This document shows positions 42,201 to 52,356 of a stretch of 64,000 nucleotides of DNA, in pieces (position 1 is the stretch's first letter; each line of letters opens with the position of its first letter). The notes under the pieces are model-generated. The model was not told the DNA's origin. It made no database searches and saw only the letters and a program-made list of their open reading frames with translations. The DNA is taken from contig CM000429.1 in the NCBI GenBank assembly GCA_000165345.1, positions 256,001 to 320,000 of the forward strand. Direction: 5' to 3'. The translations under genes and the position numbers were made by a program.

Positions 42201-42495
42201 TTAATGCACCCTCATTTCTATGTCGTATTTGGATCTTGTCATATATTGATAGCCAGACCAAGGAAAGCGACTCAAATGGTGAAATCACCGGAAATTGTGC
42301 GGAAAGTTGCAACATATTATCAGAAAATACATAGAAATCGGCTTTTGAGCGTTTTCTATCAATATTATTAAGATCTTCCACTCTCATTGTACTTCTATAT
42401 GGGTCTTTTTGCTCTGCTTTCTGGTCACCAGTCGCATATTGCAACAAGGCCACCAATATCAAGCATGATATCTGAATTCCCCATATTATATTCAT
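39298..42495 (-). CDS. large hypothetical secreted protein (1065 aa) with cleavable-looking signal peptide
   Basis: MNIIWGIQISCLILVALLQYATGDQKAEQK... is followed by no further long hydrophobic segment. No homology recognised. It adjoins SEC14 and the giant secreted gene. Confidence 0.7.
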   Translation of the reverse strand: MNIIWGIQISCLILVALLQYATGDQKAEQKDPYRSTMRVEDLNNIDRKRSKADFYVFSDNMLQLSAQFPVISPFESLSLVWLSIYDKIQIRHRNEGALIILFLLSPIYRVINGENFDGDELFNEMEPFDEQLSQVIYCLIQTNHGINCESAIEDFTTFINDQILYEIQKHKNSDYDINMTARIGQITDVLNTIKNKQLYNIDKENQIKMYNTLNPEAFIFHIFNIGNLLEHYMDFNSGISFMAILGPLRTFLDLMNKNWGIGENEDASRWFRNKISPLKGVCDDIILGVNKIREEIDHYFESKSYEKLIILTEIKLYTDSLKQFCTDYNEFLNLPDEDPKKTKEISENLKAVNLIFVDRKNVILGMQTSKLYEYSRKAADTNSQLCMVESDKKVLSSQGLSEYEMDQDISTTLLDLIGQFFLNNKLDTKFNAWLINTCPTTKNLVLNSKLASIERSFGSIGNQVKNLSTILSVRRTNLASKICSRLNSELDDANYNNRRFITINRLLIPLVVNSSLPSIIPGNAQIYKNKDSTDNKMNLEQVFVDTDRSCLINYFDTMNYYIRETTNICEKIKDHSTLFGSAFNKIANQKAITQMNQNLQKVSQSQLLHEFRELGRDLKGSKYGHFVSEVGNNCFSSLMHWYHFSKKRRKLKGARRLLRKAFYTYTSTLDNVNVELRPELRNIQTAAAKLETNELKILTNGDFVFLNSKVISRYMKKRYTKHTAKMVNEHYKFPAQMLKEDFPITIENLKELNSLIKADLEKHKNELEEELSMIKESKEGMAKMDENKQIEKESLPFFKSGKTNFVLIGRDFSSFALCQCKIRGSRQFEMLKLFSDLIFQIQHVDIRITGYEMLSHSLKKAVRQMLIIISLNEFAINLLPKVRKGGYQRFYRMKHTTHKALRKRIKKYLSNIKQDTYKLSVVLNSLHNLLLTAFNHFKYDPELDVLRKSFSGIDTEKSDWGTYYHNNSLLRASKAVRRSTIEKIVGNFYFGRIRRSFSTLKETILQMLNPQQILSLSQIFKTDLGVKDIDGIASRLHHYLKSIYPSQNCIGVDQGQKLESFFALC

Positions 42496-43106
42496 TTTAT
42501 TCTATAGTTCCTCTTCACTCCAACCTTTTTAATCTAATTAACTTTTAATTTGGATGCATGCCACGTCTGTGTCTCCACATGTAAAGGGGGGTTATAAATA
42601 GTGAAAAAAGAATATTAGGTGGTTAAAAGTTATTAGTGATGAGAGAATATTTTTTATTTGGTTAATTTTCAGCGTTATTGGGTTATAATAGGTGAATGTT
42701 GAGATATAAAGAATGATTTGAGTAGAATGGAGAATAGGTCTATGGATTTTGATTAGACTGAATTAAGCTTTTTAGATTCATTTTTTTATAAGGCAAAGAA
42801 TAAAATAAAAATGTAGTATTTGGCGGGAGACTGATTGAGTAGGTATTTAAAGTAGAAATAATGGTTAGAAAACTACAATTACAAAGAATAAGAATAGTGA
42901 AAATATCCAAATGCAAATTTTCAAGCAAACAAACGAGGTAATACACGTTAAATATTTATATGTAGTGGATTTCTCGTAGTAAGTTTGATACTTTTTATTG
43001 GGTAAAATGGCAAAATGGCGTGATTACTTATATCGTAGGGGATCAGATAAGTAAAAAGCGCGGATTATAATTTCATCTTGAGAAATCTAAAAGCATACCA
43101 CTAGAT

Positions 43107-44492
43107 TTAAGGATTAGTAATATCTTCTGTAGTTATTTTAGGTTTAATTTCGGTACCAAGGATCTGAGAAAGCTGTTCTGCTGTTTTCTTAGTGAAGTTA
43201 GCATTAGGTATTTGGCTAAGCCATGGGAGTTTTGTGAGATCAAATCTAGGTGGGATCTCAATGGAAATTCCAGAAATATATTCAGGGGGTATTATAGCGT
43301 GGATATTAGGAAATTTCTGATCTAGCTCATTCATTGGGTAAAATCTGAAGGGGTAAAAGTTTTCGGTTAAGTTAGGACATTTGCCTCCATATGACTCTTC
43401 AAGTTGTTCAAGAGGAACCAAACTAGTAATTTCATCAGAATAGGATTCATCAATAAATCTAATCTTTCTAACTGATGATCCTGGAATTGCAGCAACAAGA
43501 GCGTTACTAACAACATTTATAAACTTTGGACAGTTCACAATGAACATTCTATAAAGTCTCATTCTATAACGTGTATTAACAAGTGAAAGAACAGACTTTA
43601 GGACTTGAATAGGGAGATCAGTTATCCCTTTTCCAGCCAAGTCAATGATTACATTCCAGTTTTCAACTCTTCCTGCAACCTGAAGGTATTTAAGAAAGAA
43701 TTCTAGACAAAAACACAATAGCTTTTGGATTCGTTCGATTTCACCAACAAAAGTATCAAGCTTTGCAAGCTTCACAATAAGTATTGGCCTACACTTAATA
43801 TCCTTACCGTGCCAATAAATAGCTCCAACTTTAAGATCATTCATCACATCTTTCTCACTTATTGGTAGCTCCTTGATTCTAAATTCATGGTTACTTAACA
43901 TCATCTCCAAAGCCGTTTGGACATGAAAACGGGAAGAGGCCAAAAATCTCAATGCCTGAATCCAAATAGAGTGAGGAAACTTGTAGCCGTGGTTCTTAGC
44001 ATATTTTCTTAACTTTGCTAGATAAAGTTGTTCGTTTTCTGAAAGAATCTGGTTTAAATAAATATATCTTATTTCATCTTCTATTATATCACTTTCTGAT
44101 GGCTCAATTAACAAGCAACTTAAAGTGGTCGAAAATGGGTTTAAAGCGGAATATATTTCTACTCCTCCAATATTTCTCTGAATTGGTTTAGCATTTCCAG
44201 AATTAGTCATGGAAGTGCTCTTTGTTATTTCAAGATTCCCAACAGTTTCTTGAAGCTGAGGCAAACTATTCATCTTTCTGTCAAGAAATGCCCTAGAAGA
44301 AACTGGATCAAGCTCCTCAACAAGCTCCATATCAGACTCCTCCAATGCAGATGTAAAAGATACACTCTCTGACTCTGAGTGAGACTTTTCTAAAATCGAG
44401 GTATCCTTAAAGGCGTCTATAATCTCAGAAATACGCTCCTCCTCTTTGCTTAAACAAGGTCCTAACACTTCACCAGAATCTTGGTCTGCCAT
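43107..44492 (-). CDS. SEC14/CRAL-TRIO domain phosphatidylinositol-transfer-like protein (461 aa)
   Basis: Track start 44510 is GTG. The ATG is at 44492 (MADQDSGEVLGP...). The CRAL-TRIO core is IYWHGKDIKCRPILIVKLAKLD...ENWNVIIDLAGKGITDLPIQVLKSVLSLVNTRYRMRLYRMFIVNCPKFINVVSNALVAAIP. Confidence 0.75.
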   Translation of the reverse strand: MADQDSGEVLGPCLSKEEERISEIIDAFKDTSILEKSHSESESVSFTSALEESDMELVEELDPVSSRAFLDRKMNSLPQLQETVGNLEITKSTSMTNSGNAKPIQRNIGGVEIYSALNPFSTTLSCLLIEPSESDIIEDEIRYIYLNQILSENEQLYLAKLRKYAKNHGYKFPHSIWIQALRFLASSRFHVQTALEMMLSNHEFRIKELPISEKDVMNDLKVGAIYWHGKDIKCRPILIVKLAKLDTFVGEIERIQKLLCFCLEFFLKYLQVAGRVENWNVIIDLAGKGITDLPIQVLKSVLSLVNTRYRMRLYRMFIVNCPKFINVVSNALVAAIPGSSVRKIRFIDESYSDEITSLVPLEQLEESYGGKCPNLTENFYPFRFYPMNELDQKFPNIHAIIPPEYISGISIEIPPRFDLTKLPWLSQIPNANFTKKTAEQLSQILGTEIKPKITTEDITNP

Positions 44493-44580
44493 TTTGCTTA
44501 TTTTAACCACTTCTATTAATTTTGTCAGGCAAAATTCTGTATTGCTTTTTCTTTCCGTGTGAAAACGCTCACAAGATTGT

Positions 44581-44588
44581 TTGGCGCC
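44581..44588. promoter_or_regulatory. E2F-like TTGGCGCC, 89 nt upstream of SEC14 ATG (minus); second site ATGGCGCCAA at 44794-44803 toward the giant gene
   Basis: Two sites in one divergent promoter. Confidence 0.45.
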
Positions 44589-45024
44589 TTTTGTTTTGAC
44601 ATAAAGTGAGCTTTCTATAAAATAGGTTGCAAAAAAAAAAATCCGTCTTGATCTTCAAAAACTGTTTAGTATTAATGGAATATAGGTAGCTACTGCTTTA
44701 ATATTAACTTATTTTTGAGTTTTTCTTCTTTCTAAGTAATTTTGTAGAATTATGCATTTAACGCAAAATAATAATTTTTATAGTGGCACCATTATGGCGC
44801 CAACTGCTAGATCTAAATTTTTGGTGAGCGAGAACCAAGATGTTTAAAAAACTCTAAGAAGATTAAGAAATATCAAAAAAACAAGCAATTTCCTAATGAG
44901 TAAGATAACGTTGACTGTATTTATCTGATTTACTAAGAGCCTGAAAATCAGATACACTTTTTTCTATTGTTTGGTTCTTTATATAGAACTCTTTCGCCAT
45001 TTACACGAAGGATTAGATATTCCA

Positions 45025-48000
45025 ATGTCAAGAACCAAAAAGAGCTGGAAGAGGAATAATTCTGGCTTCCAGCTTTACATTAAACTTATTCCTGCTATTC
45101 TTCTTTGGATATTTTTTCTTTCTGGGAAAGTTTTATCATCTAATACTTATGAAAATCTTCAAAGCTCAAGAACAGGCAACTACTCTCCTCTCAGATACGA
45201 AGAAGCCTCAAGTAATTTTCAGGAAGGTAATAAACAACATCATTCTTTTATAAAAACTGGGAATTTAACTCCAGATGGACCATTATCCACTAGGAAATCT
45301 AGTTTAAATTCAGCACCTGATGAATCTCAGAAAAAAGACCCACTTTTAACCCAGCAAAATCCCTCCAGTGCATTCCTTCCTGAGATATTTATGTCCCAAT
45401 TGGACATGGAGTATGGGAATAGAAATCAGGGATCAGGGAGAATCACAGATAAAAATTCTGATGAGAGATCAGAAAGCAGCTTAAACTTACAAATATCGTC
45501 CTTGTCAACTTCTCCAGCAACAACTCTAGAATCTGATTTACAAAAATTATCTTCGGAACCAAATTCTTTAATGAATACTTCACTGAGTTTTTCTCCTCCG
45601 CCTGCTCCGCCACCACCTCCGCCTCTTCCAGGCCAATCCCCGACGAATAGTCCAAGTTTTCAGATGCTTGATCCTTTGTTTGAGCCTATAAATAAGAAGA
45701 AACAAGATGAATTCATTAAAGATTTAACAAAAATTAAATTAGTCTCAGATGTCCTACCAGTTCCTTTTAAGAAAAGCGAGCAGAAGTACGAATTTGGTTA
45801 TAGCCGCAATAGAAACCAGAGCCTAAACAATTATAAAATAAAGAATCTTGCAATAACTAGAGAAGAATTTAAGGAAAACCAGAAGAAACTGGAAGAGAAA
45901 GACCCTGAGCAGCAAGGTAAAGCTATTGATACTCCAGAGAGAGCTGAAGAAGACAAGATTGAGATGCTTCCATTACCTCTTGGGCCTCCAATTCCTGGTA
46001 CTGAGCCTGGAATAGAGGGTTTATCTCATATTATACCTTTAGATAAAGTACCAATTAGGCCTCAAAAGCGACAGGATGAGTGGGAATGCATTACCTCGCA
46101 GGTTGAAAGAGACAAAACCACATGGAAGATTGAAAAAGGTAAAATGAGGTTTAACTATATCCCAAAATTCAGTGAAATCAGCCAATCAATTTTTCCTTTA
46201 AGCGGAGATCCTAAAAGTTTGTATTATAACTGTATCTCAGCACTGAAGGCTTTGGAAGCTAAGTTAATTATTACTCCACCTTCCAGTGATGAGATTGAGG
46301 CAGAGTTTCTCAGAACTACCTTTTGCATTTCTGCTGCAGTATTTTGTTACGTAGAAACTGCCATGGGAGATCCAGAACTTCAGCTCTTTTGGAATCGTGA
46401 AGTTAGAACGATTACTGATGCCCTTGTTGCCAGGGATCCGAATTTGGATCTCCTTCAGGTTGTAGGTGAGAGTTTGGCTACAAAGATTGATACTCATGTT
46501 GGATCAACAGGAATTTCCTCCCCAGATCGTTTGCCAGATTTTATGCCTCAGAGAATGCCTAACCAAAGTTTTTCCTTTGCCTCCACAAAGTTGGAAACTT
46601 GCCCTACCAGGAATCAAAGAACCGATCAGGGAGACTATGAATATGAGGGAGGGCTTGCTGTAGCTTTGTCAACTAATATTAATGGTGTAATTGTTGATGA
46701 TCCTGAAATTTGGACAATGTGGAAAGCTATCATTACACAAAAGGATAGGGATTTAAATATGAATTTGAAGAGATTTAAGATTTTTTCAAAGGATTTTCCA
46801 GTAAAGTTTAGCTCAGATACAAAGCCAAAGAAGATGAGGGAGATGCGGAATTTATGCGTGGAACTAATAAGGGAGGGAATTAAAGAAAATCCTCCAAGAT
46901 ACGAACTTTTACCTTTGGCAAAACCAAATGAGGAGCAAGTTTTGAATGAGTTTTGTAACTATGCAGCAGACTACTACTTTGGAAATAGACAATGGAGTTA
47001 CATTTATGACTTTTCCTTAAATTCAAAATATATTAATGGGGTACCGGTTTACAGACCATATGCACCTTTTAGATATTTTGCAGCTGAAACATTTAATGAG
47101 ATGAGGAACAATTGTTGTTCAGTAATTTACGACCTCTTCTTAAGCAAAGTATTTCCTCACCTTTCTACAAATCACTATAGAGACAAAGGTGCTTCAATGG
47201 ATAAGTCAAAATTGGAACGATTCTGCCATGAAGCAGCTGGAAAGTACTTTAAGAAGGATACCTCAGAGTTTGACTCAAGGCTAAAGAATGTAGGATACTT
47301 TGATTTTGCAAGCTATAAATCAAGGGTAACCAATTACAAGAAAGCAAATTACCAATCTTTAGTATTAGAAGGTATGCATGACTTGGAGGATACTCCAGGA
47401 CACTTTTCAATAGGAAGTATTGATGGGAATCTAAGCTACACTCCAAGATTTCCAAACTTGAAGCCAACAAGAGTCTGTTTTTCACAGTGGAAGGCAATTC
47501 TAGACCAAAATAAGGAGGATCTTAAAAACAATATAGAAACTCCAACTCACTTGCCTGATGTAATTCCTAGTGAATGGAATATGCCTCAGTTTTCTCGAGC
47601 AACCTTTAAGATAACTTGCTTTAGAATATTACGTAAGTTATACAGAGAAGGAAGTGTTTCATTAAGATCTAGTGTTTTGAGACCAAGCAGTGTTGAGCAA
47701 AACATGGAGAAGATTTTCTCAGACTTTTGTACTGAGGCTTCCAAGAGATACTTTGATGGGCTAAACACAGATTATTCAATGGAAAGTCTTCTACAAGTTC
47801 AAGCTGATACAGAATCTCAGTGGAATTCGGTAGTAGAAGCTATAATGAGGCTTCAAGAGAGTAAGAAGAGCACAACAATCTATTGGGTTTACCCTATTCC
47901 TCCAGAAAGTTATGCTCTGAGTTTATTTAGATATAACGTGAACCCTTCTTCAGAAGATGAGGAAGAGGAGGAGAAGATTAAAAAGAGCTTTTGGAAATCA

Positions 48001-51000
48001 AGGGAAGGAGAAGTAGGATATGAAACTAGGTGCATCGAGTCATTAAAATTTTATAAAGCTAAAAGCGATGAAGAAATAATGAAAATGGAGGTTGACACCA
48101 AGGATATGGCATTAATTGAAATGGCAATGAGAAAGGTTTGTGAAGAAGCTGCTGACTCATTCTTCGGAGCAATTGAATGGATTTGGATGTATAAGCTTTC
48201 AAATATTGACAATATTAACAAGTATGCAACTTGGGTTCCAGCAGTTACAGGCCTGCCTAAGAGAAGACCAAATAGTTCTCTTTTAAAATACAAAGGGACA
48301 GGAAACATAGTACAATTCAGAAACTACTGCTTTGCATTTGTTTGGACCCTATGGAAATCAGGAAATGAGCCAGATCTAAGAATTTCAGGAAAGCTATATT
48401 CTCCAGGAGAGGGAAGTTTGGTGGATCAGAAGGCTCAGCTTGAGAGATGGTGCACTCATGTTGCGAACGAAGCCTATAACTCTGGATATAAGCTTTCTTT
48501 AGAAAAGAAGAAACAAGAAGGGATAGTCGACCTTATGCCTAGAGCAGACCCTCAGACCTCTCTCTCCGCGGTAGAGCATGAAAACAAGTCAGAACAAGAA
48601 AGCGCGCAGGTGATAGAAGGAGAAACTGTTGTTTTCTCTTTTGGAAACGCATCTTCACAGTGGAAAATGATCCTCTCACAAATTGAGGTAGATCGAAGAC
48701 GTAATATTAAAAGAATTGCTTGGCTTCCAGAGTATTCCGAAATTAAAGAATATTTCCCAGGGCCTGTCGAAAGGCGCCACTTTGTGCCCGCCTGCATGCA
48801 AATTTTGCAAAAGCTGGGTGAAAGAGGACTTTTGGTGTGGGGAACAGTCTCACCAGAGTACCAGGGAGTAGTGATCAGAGAATTTTGTTCAGATGCCTTC
48901 ATGAATGGATATGAGTGGAGAAATGACGACTCAAATCCAATTTCTGCACCATATGGAGAAAAGGAGGCAAATAGAGAGTTGCTCATAGAGTTTTTGAAAT
49001 TCATGCACACAAATCGAATGAACATAAGGAAGTGGATTCTTTTTTACTTGAATGAGAATTTGAATCTTGATTATGCAATAACGTGGGCTATTAATGAAGA
49101 TAACTGGGGTTATTTGAACGATTACTTCCATCAGTCACAACTTCACGAACCTGAAAACTTTGATCAGCTTTTTGAAGAGGTTAGGGAGAGAGTAAGGCAG
49201 ATGGGAGGTTTTGTAGATGCCTCTGGGGATGATTACTTCTCTAATAGTCCAACAGCTAGGGAGAATTTATGGAAAGCAATTTACAATCAAATGCATATAG
49301 ATTTACTTCTTGGAAGACAACAAAGAGTTTCAAATCTTCCATTGAATCCTCCAGAGATTTGGCTGGGCTCAAAGAGTCCAGAGGAATTTGTAGCCGATTG
49401 CAAAAGAGTGATAACAATGTTGCAAGGCCAAACAAACCCTGATTTGCCTTCAAGTAAAGAGCTAACATTAAAGGAGATTCTTACTGCTGTTAGAGTCTTT
49501 GCAAGTGGTGATAAAGACGATTCTGAAATACTTAATTCATATTGCGATGATGTTCTTCTGCATGTTTCTGATAAAAGAGGAAGCTCAATTTTCAAAGGTA
49601 GTGGATTTAGTTATCCAGGAGCAATTTTGGAATTTGAAAGAAATAGACAATGGGGAGTCATTGCAAATTTAGAAAGTAAGTACTCAAAGCTTGAGCAAAG
49701 AGATGTTGATGGCAAAATTGGCTCTATTTCGAGAATCTCGAAAATTCCAGGGTTTGTAAGGCACACCATATTCCAAGGAAGCTATGATATGGAGGAATTC
49801 CAGTCTCAATGCGAAATTGCTCTTCAAACTTTGGCAACTGATATTAATATTCCGTCACATCTACGGGTTGTTTTTCCCGATATGCATGCTGGAGAAAAGA
49901 TTGAGGATATCATAAAAGAATATTGCAGAACTGCTTCCGAATACGCTTTCCAAGAAAAGGTTGATCACGCTCTAAGTGAAGATGCAACAGAAGAAGCTGC
50001 AATTTTGAATGATTTGGACACTGTTAGTCGAAAATTCAAGCTAAGAAATCCTTTGGGTCTAGACTACTCCAAACGATGGAATAGCATTATAGACCTCGCT
50101 AAGAAAAGAATTGAAGAAGAAAAGTACTTAAGGATGAATAGAGTGCTTGAGATCGACTCTGCGTGGCTTAAGAATACTTATCCAGAGATTTCAGGGAAAG
50201 ACTTAAAAAATGCTTTTGATTCAAAGGGAAATAATCACCTTGCAAGCTTTGTATTAGTCTCATATGAGCTTTTTTCAGCTATTTTGCTTGGAAAGGAAGG
50301 GAATAATGGAGCTAATAAGGACAAATTCAAGTTCATATCCAGGAAAACTCTACTACAATTCTGTAGAGATGTCTGCTACAAGTATTTTACCGATGAAGCA
50401 AGAGGTGACGTAAACTACTCTAGCCGAGATAAAGCAGCTACGGAAAACGCTTTGATTCTTGACATGATTGCAACCAGACCTAGAATTGGCCCTGACCCGA
50501 GAGACCCACTTTACGAGCTTTATCCTGAACAAGGAGAGGAGGTCCCTGAATTAAATAGCTTTAATATGGACCAGTATATCACCTCTAGGTGGGAAATCTA
50601 CAAAAAAGACTTTGAAAGTGACAGTTACAAGGAAAATTTGCGCAAAAATATTATGGATAGTCTCACTTCTGCAGAAATTAATCTCCTTAATCCTGGAAGT
50701 GGAAAACCTTCACCTATTGGAAATAATATTGTTTGGGCGCCAACTGCCCCCTATCCCTGGAAGCACCACACTGCAAGCAAAATTGCATTGCAAGGGAATG
50801 CGCATGCATCAAATGGTGGAGCCGTTTTGGCGGGTAAAACGTTGGAGCATATGAAGTCAATTTTCGGAGGAAATATTGCAGATGTTGCAAAGGTTGCAGT
50901 CATTCCGGCAATTCCAGACCCCAATTCTAGAAAGCAAAATGGAAAGTCAGATCATCAGAGTGGTAGTGGATCTTCTACAGATTTTGGAACAAGTAATCGC

Positions 51001-52356
51001 ATTTTACCTTTGGGCGACTTTGGAGAGACCGCCAAGGTCAAAAGACTCAAAATTGGAACTAAAGGTGGAAGGGCGATTAAAGGAAGGGAAGTTAACCCTA
51101 TCGAAGACAAGTTTGATCAAATAGATAGAGAGTATAAAGAATTGGTTTCTAATAACTTTATCTCTAAAGGAGCCTTAGGCGAAAATGAAGAGAAAAATAT
51201 TATAAGTGGAATCAAGCCTAGGAATAGGAGTAATCCTGATCGAATCTCACAAGAACCCAGGAAAAAGATCAGATCTAATCGGAGCAAAGGTAGCCGCTCT
51301 TCTGACGCTTCAGTCGCAGAAGGTGAACCACCTGAGGGAAGCTTGGAAGAAAAGACTTTAACCAAGGAAGAGTTAGCAAGTTCTAGATTAGCTGATAGAG
51401 AATGGACTGTCATTTCTCAACTGGGGAAGATTTTACCTGCAAATGAGGGGTCAAATTTAGTAGCAGGGATTCCAATTGAAAGGCCAAAGGACTTTTACAA
51501 AAAACCTATGGGAAATGTAAGAGGTATGACTGAAGCCTGTTTCTCTGTCATATCTAATGCAAAATTTAGAGCAATTTCAGGTACTCGAATTTCTGGAAAA
51601 ACAAAGGAGGAAAGAAGACAGAATGCTAACTTTTACTGCAGGAAGGCAGCCGAAGCCTACTATGAATCTATTGATGGAGAATTTATTCCCCCTAAAGGCT
51701 TTGAAAACCTTCCAGGATTCTATGGGCTATATAGTTCTATTGGGAAATCCAAAGCTGTTCGAGGAAGAGGTAATCGTGTCTTCCTAGGAGAAAGCTCTGC
51801 AAACCCAATAGGTAAAGAGGTGGGCCTGAAACCATTACATAAGGAATCTGCCAGAATTAGAAGATCCTTTGGTCCAACAGTTGGTTCTTTTGGACTAAAT
51901 GTTCATATGCAGAATCAGTCTAACTCTTTAGCAAATACTTATAGCAAAATTTCTGCAGCTGATTCAACTGTAATAAGCGGATTCGGTATTAGTGGTAAGG
52001 CGTCCAGAATTAAAAGGAGTGTTTTTACAGACTCCAAGAATAATGTCAGAGAGAGATTAGAGCTGAGTCCAGGAGATGATTTACTGACTGATCCTGACTA
52101 TTATAATGATGTAAAACCTGTAACAACTCCGAACAGTTATGTTGAAATGAGGCCATCAAAAGGACTTGGGTCAGGGGCCCCAAGGCCTGGAAAGTCACCA
52201 AAAAAAGATAAATTTGGCAATCCAGAGGTTTATTATGTTCATCCAAGACCAGATATAGTGGAAGAAGCTAAGATAAAATCTCAGCTTGCTAAACGAATTA
52301 ACCAATTTTCTACAATTAACAAACCAGAAAATAAAAATCGTCCAAATAGTAGTTAG
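45025..52356 (+). CDS. giant secreted/anchored protein (2443 aa) composed of ~10 tandem copies of an undescribed ~200-250-aa module; Pro-rich N-terminal region; Gly/Arg/Lys-rich C-terminal region
   Basis: Track ORF starts at TTG 44971. The first ATG is 45025 (MSRTKKSWKRNNSGFQLYIKLIPAILLWIFFLSGKVLSS is a basic N-region plus hydrophobic core). Each unit pairs a W-[KN]-x-I-[ILV] motif with a [FY]-C-x-x-[AV]-[AS]-x-x-[YF]-[FY] motif downstream. The W motif occurs as QWKAILDQNK, MWKAIITQKD, QWKMILSQIE, LWKAIYNQMH, RWNSIIDLAK and QWNSVVEAIM. The C motif occurs as EFCNYAADYYF, RFCHEAAGKYF, DFCTEASKRYF, KVCEEAADSFF, RWCTHVANEAY, EFCSDAFMNGY, EYCRTASEYAF, QFCRDVCYKYF and FYCRKAAEAYY. Confidence 0.8.
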   Translation: MSRTKKSWKRNNSGFQLYIKLIPAILLWIFFLSGKVLSSNTYENLQSSRTGNYSPLRYEEASSNFQEGNKQHHSFIKTGNLTPDGPLSTRKSSLNSAPDESQKKDPLLTQQNPSSAFLPEIFMSQLDMEYGNRNQGSGRITDKNSDERSESSLNLQISSLSTSPATTLESDLQKLSSEPNSLMNTSLSFSPPPAPPPPPPLPGQSPTNSPSFQMLDPLFEPINKKKQDEFIKDLTKIKLVSDVLPVPFKKSEQKYEFGYSRNRNQSLNNYKIKNLAITREEFKENQKKLEEKDPEQQGKAIDTPERAEEDKIEMLPLPLGPPIPGTEPGIEGLSHIIPLDKVPIRPQKRQDEWECITSQVERDKTTWKIEKGKMRFNYIPKFSEISQSIFPLSGDPKSLYYNCISALKALEAKLIITPPSSDEIEAEFLRTTFCISAAVFCYVETAMGDPELQLFWNREVRTITDALVARDPNLDLLQVVGESLATKIDTHVGSTGISSPDRLPDFMPQRMPNQSFSFASTKLETCPTRNQRTDQGDYEYEGGLAVALSTNINGVIVDDPEIWTMWKAIITQKDRDLNMNLKRFKIFSKDFPVKFSSDTKPKKMREMRNLCVELIREGIKENPPRYELLPLAKPNEEQVLNEFCNYAADYYFGNRQWSYIYDFSLNSKYINGVPVYRPYAPFRYFAAETFNEMRNNCCSVIYDLFLSKVFPHLSTNHYRDKGASMDKSKLERFCHEAAGKYFKKDTSEFDSRLKNVGYFDFASYKSRVTNYKKANYQSLVLEGMHDLEDTPGHFSIGSIDGNLSYTPRFPNLKPTRVCFSQWKAILDQNKEDLKNNIETPTHLPDVIPSEWNMPQFSRATFKITCFRILRKLYREGSVSLRSSVLRPSSVEQNMEKIFSDFCTEASKRYFDGLNTDYSMESLLQVQADTESQWNSVVEAIMRLQESKKSTTIYWVYPIPPESYALSLFRYNVNPSSEDEEEEEKIKKSFWKSREGEVGYETRCIESLKFYKAKSDEEIMKMEVDTKDMALIEMAMRKVCEEAADSFFGAIEWIWMYKLSNIDNINKYATWVPAVTGLPKRRPNSSLLKYKGTGNIVQFRNYCFAFVWTLWKSGNEPDLRISGKLYSPGEGSLVDQKAQLERWCTHVANEAYNSGYKLSLEKKKQEGIVDLMPRADPQTSLSAVEHENKSEQESAQVIEGETVVFSFGNASSQWKMILSQIEVDRRRNIKRIAWLPEYSEIKEYFPGPVERRHFVPACMQILQKLGERGLLVWGTVSPEYQGVVIREFCSDAFMNGYEWRNDDSNPISAPYGEKEANRELLIEFLKFMHTNRMNIRKWILFYLNENLNLDYAITWAINEDNWGYLNDYFHQSQLHEPENFDQLFEEVRERVRQMGGFVDASGDDYFSNSPTARENLWKAIYNQMHIDLLLGRQQRVSNLPLNPPEIWLGSKSPEEFVADCKRVITMLQGQTNPDLPSSKELTLKEILTAVRVFASGDKDDSEILNSYCDDVLLHVSDKRGSSIFKGSGFSYPGAILEFERNRQWGVIANLESKYSKLEQRDVDGKIGSISRISKIPGFVRHTIFQGSYDMEEFQSQCEIALQTLATDINIPSHLRVVFPDMHAGEKIEDIIKEYCRTASEYAFQEKVDHALSEDATEEAAILNDLDTVSRKFKLRNPLGLDYSKRWNSIIDLAKKRIEEEKYLRMNRVLEIDSAWLKNTYPEISGKDLKNAFDSKGNNHLASFVLVSYELFSAILLGKEGNNGANKDKFKFISRKTLLQFCRDVCYKYFTDEARGDVNYSSRDKAATENALILDMIATRPRIGPDPRDPLYELYPEQGEEVPELNSFNMDQYITSRWEIYKKDFESDSYKENLRKNIMDSLTSAEINLLNPGSGKPSPIGNNIVWAPTAPYPWKHHTASKIALQGNAHASNGGAVLAGKTLEHMKSIFGGNIADVAKVAVIPAIPDPNSRKQNGKSDHQSGSGSSTDFGTSNRILPLGDFGETAKVKRLKIGTKGGRAIKGREVNPIEDKFDQIDREYKELVSNNFISKGALGENEEKNIISGIKPRNRSNPDRISQEPRKKIRSNRSKGSRSSDASVAEGEPPEGSLEEKTLTKEELASSRLADREWTVISQLGKILPANEGSNLVAGIPIERPKDFYKKPMGNVRGMTEACFSVISNAKFRAISGTRISGKTKEERRQNANFYCRKAAEAYYESIDGEFIPPKGFENLPGFYGLYSSIGKSKAVRGRGNRVFLGESSANPIGKEVGLKPLHKESARIRRSFGPTVGSFGLNVHMQNQSNSLANTYSKISAADSTVISGFGISGKASRIKRSVFTDSKNNVRERLELSPGDDLLTDPDYYNDVKPVTTPNSYVEMRPSKGLGSGAPRPGKSPKKDKFGNPEVYYVHPRPDIVEEAKIKSQLAKRINQFSTINKPENKNRPNSS

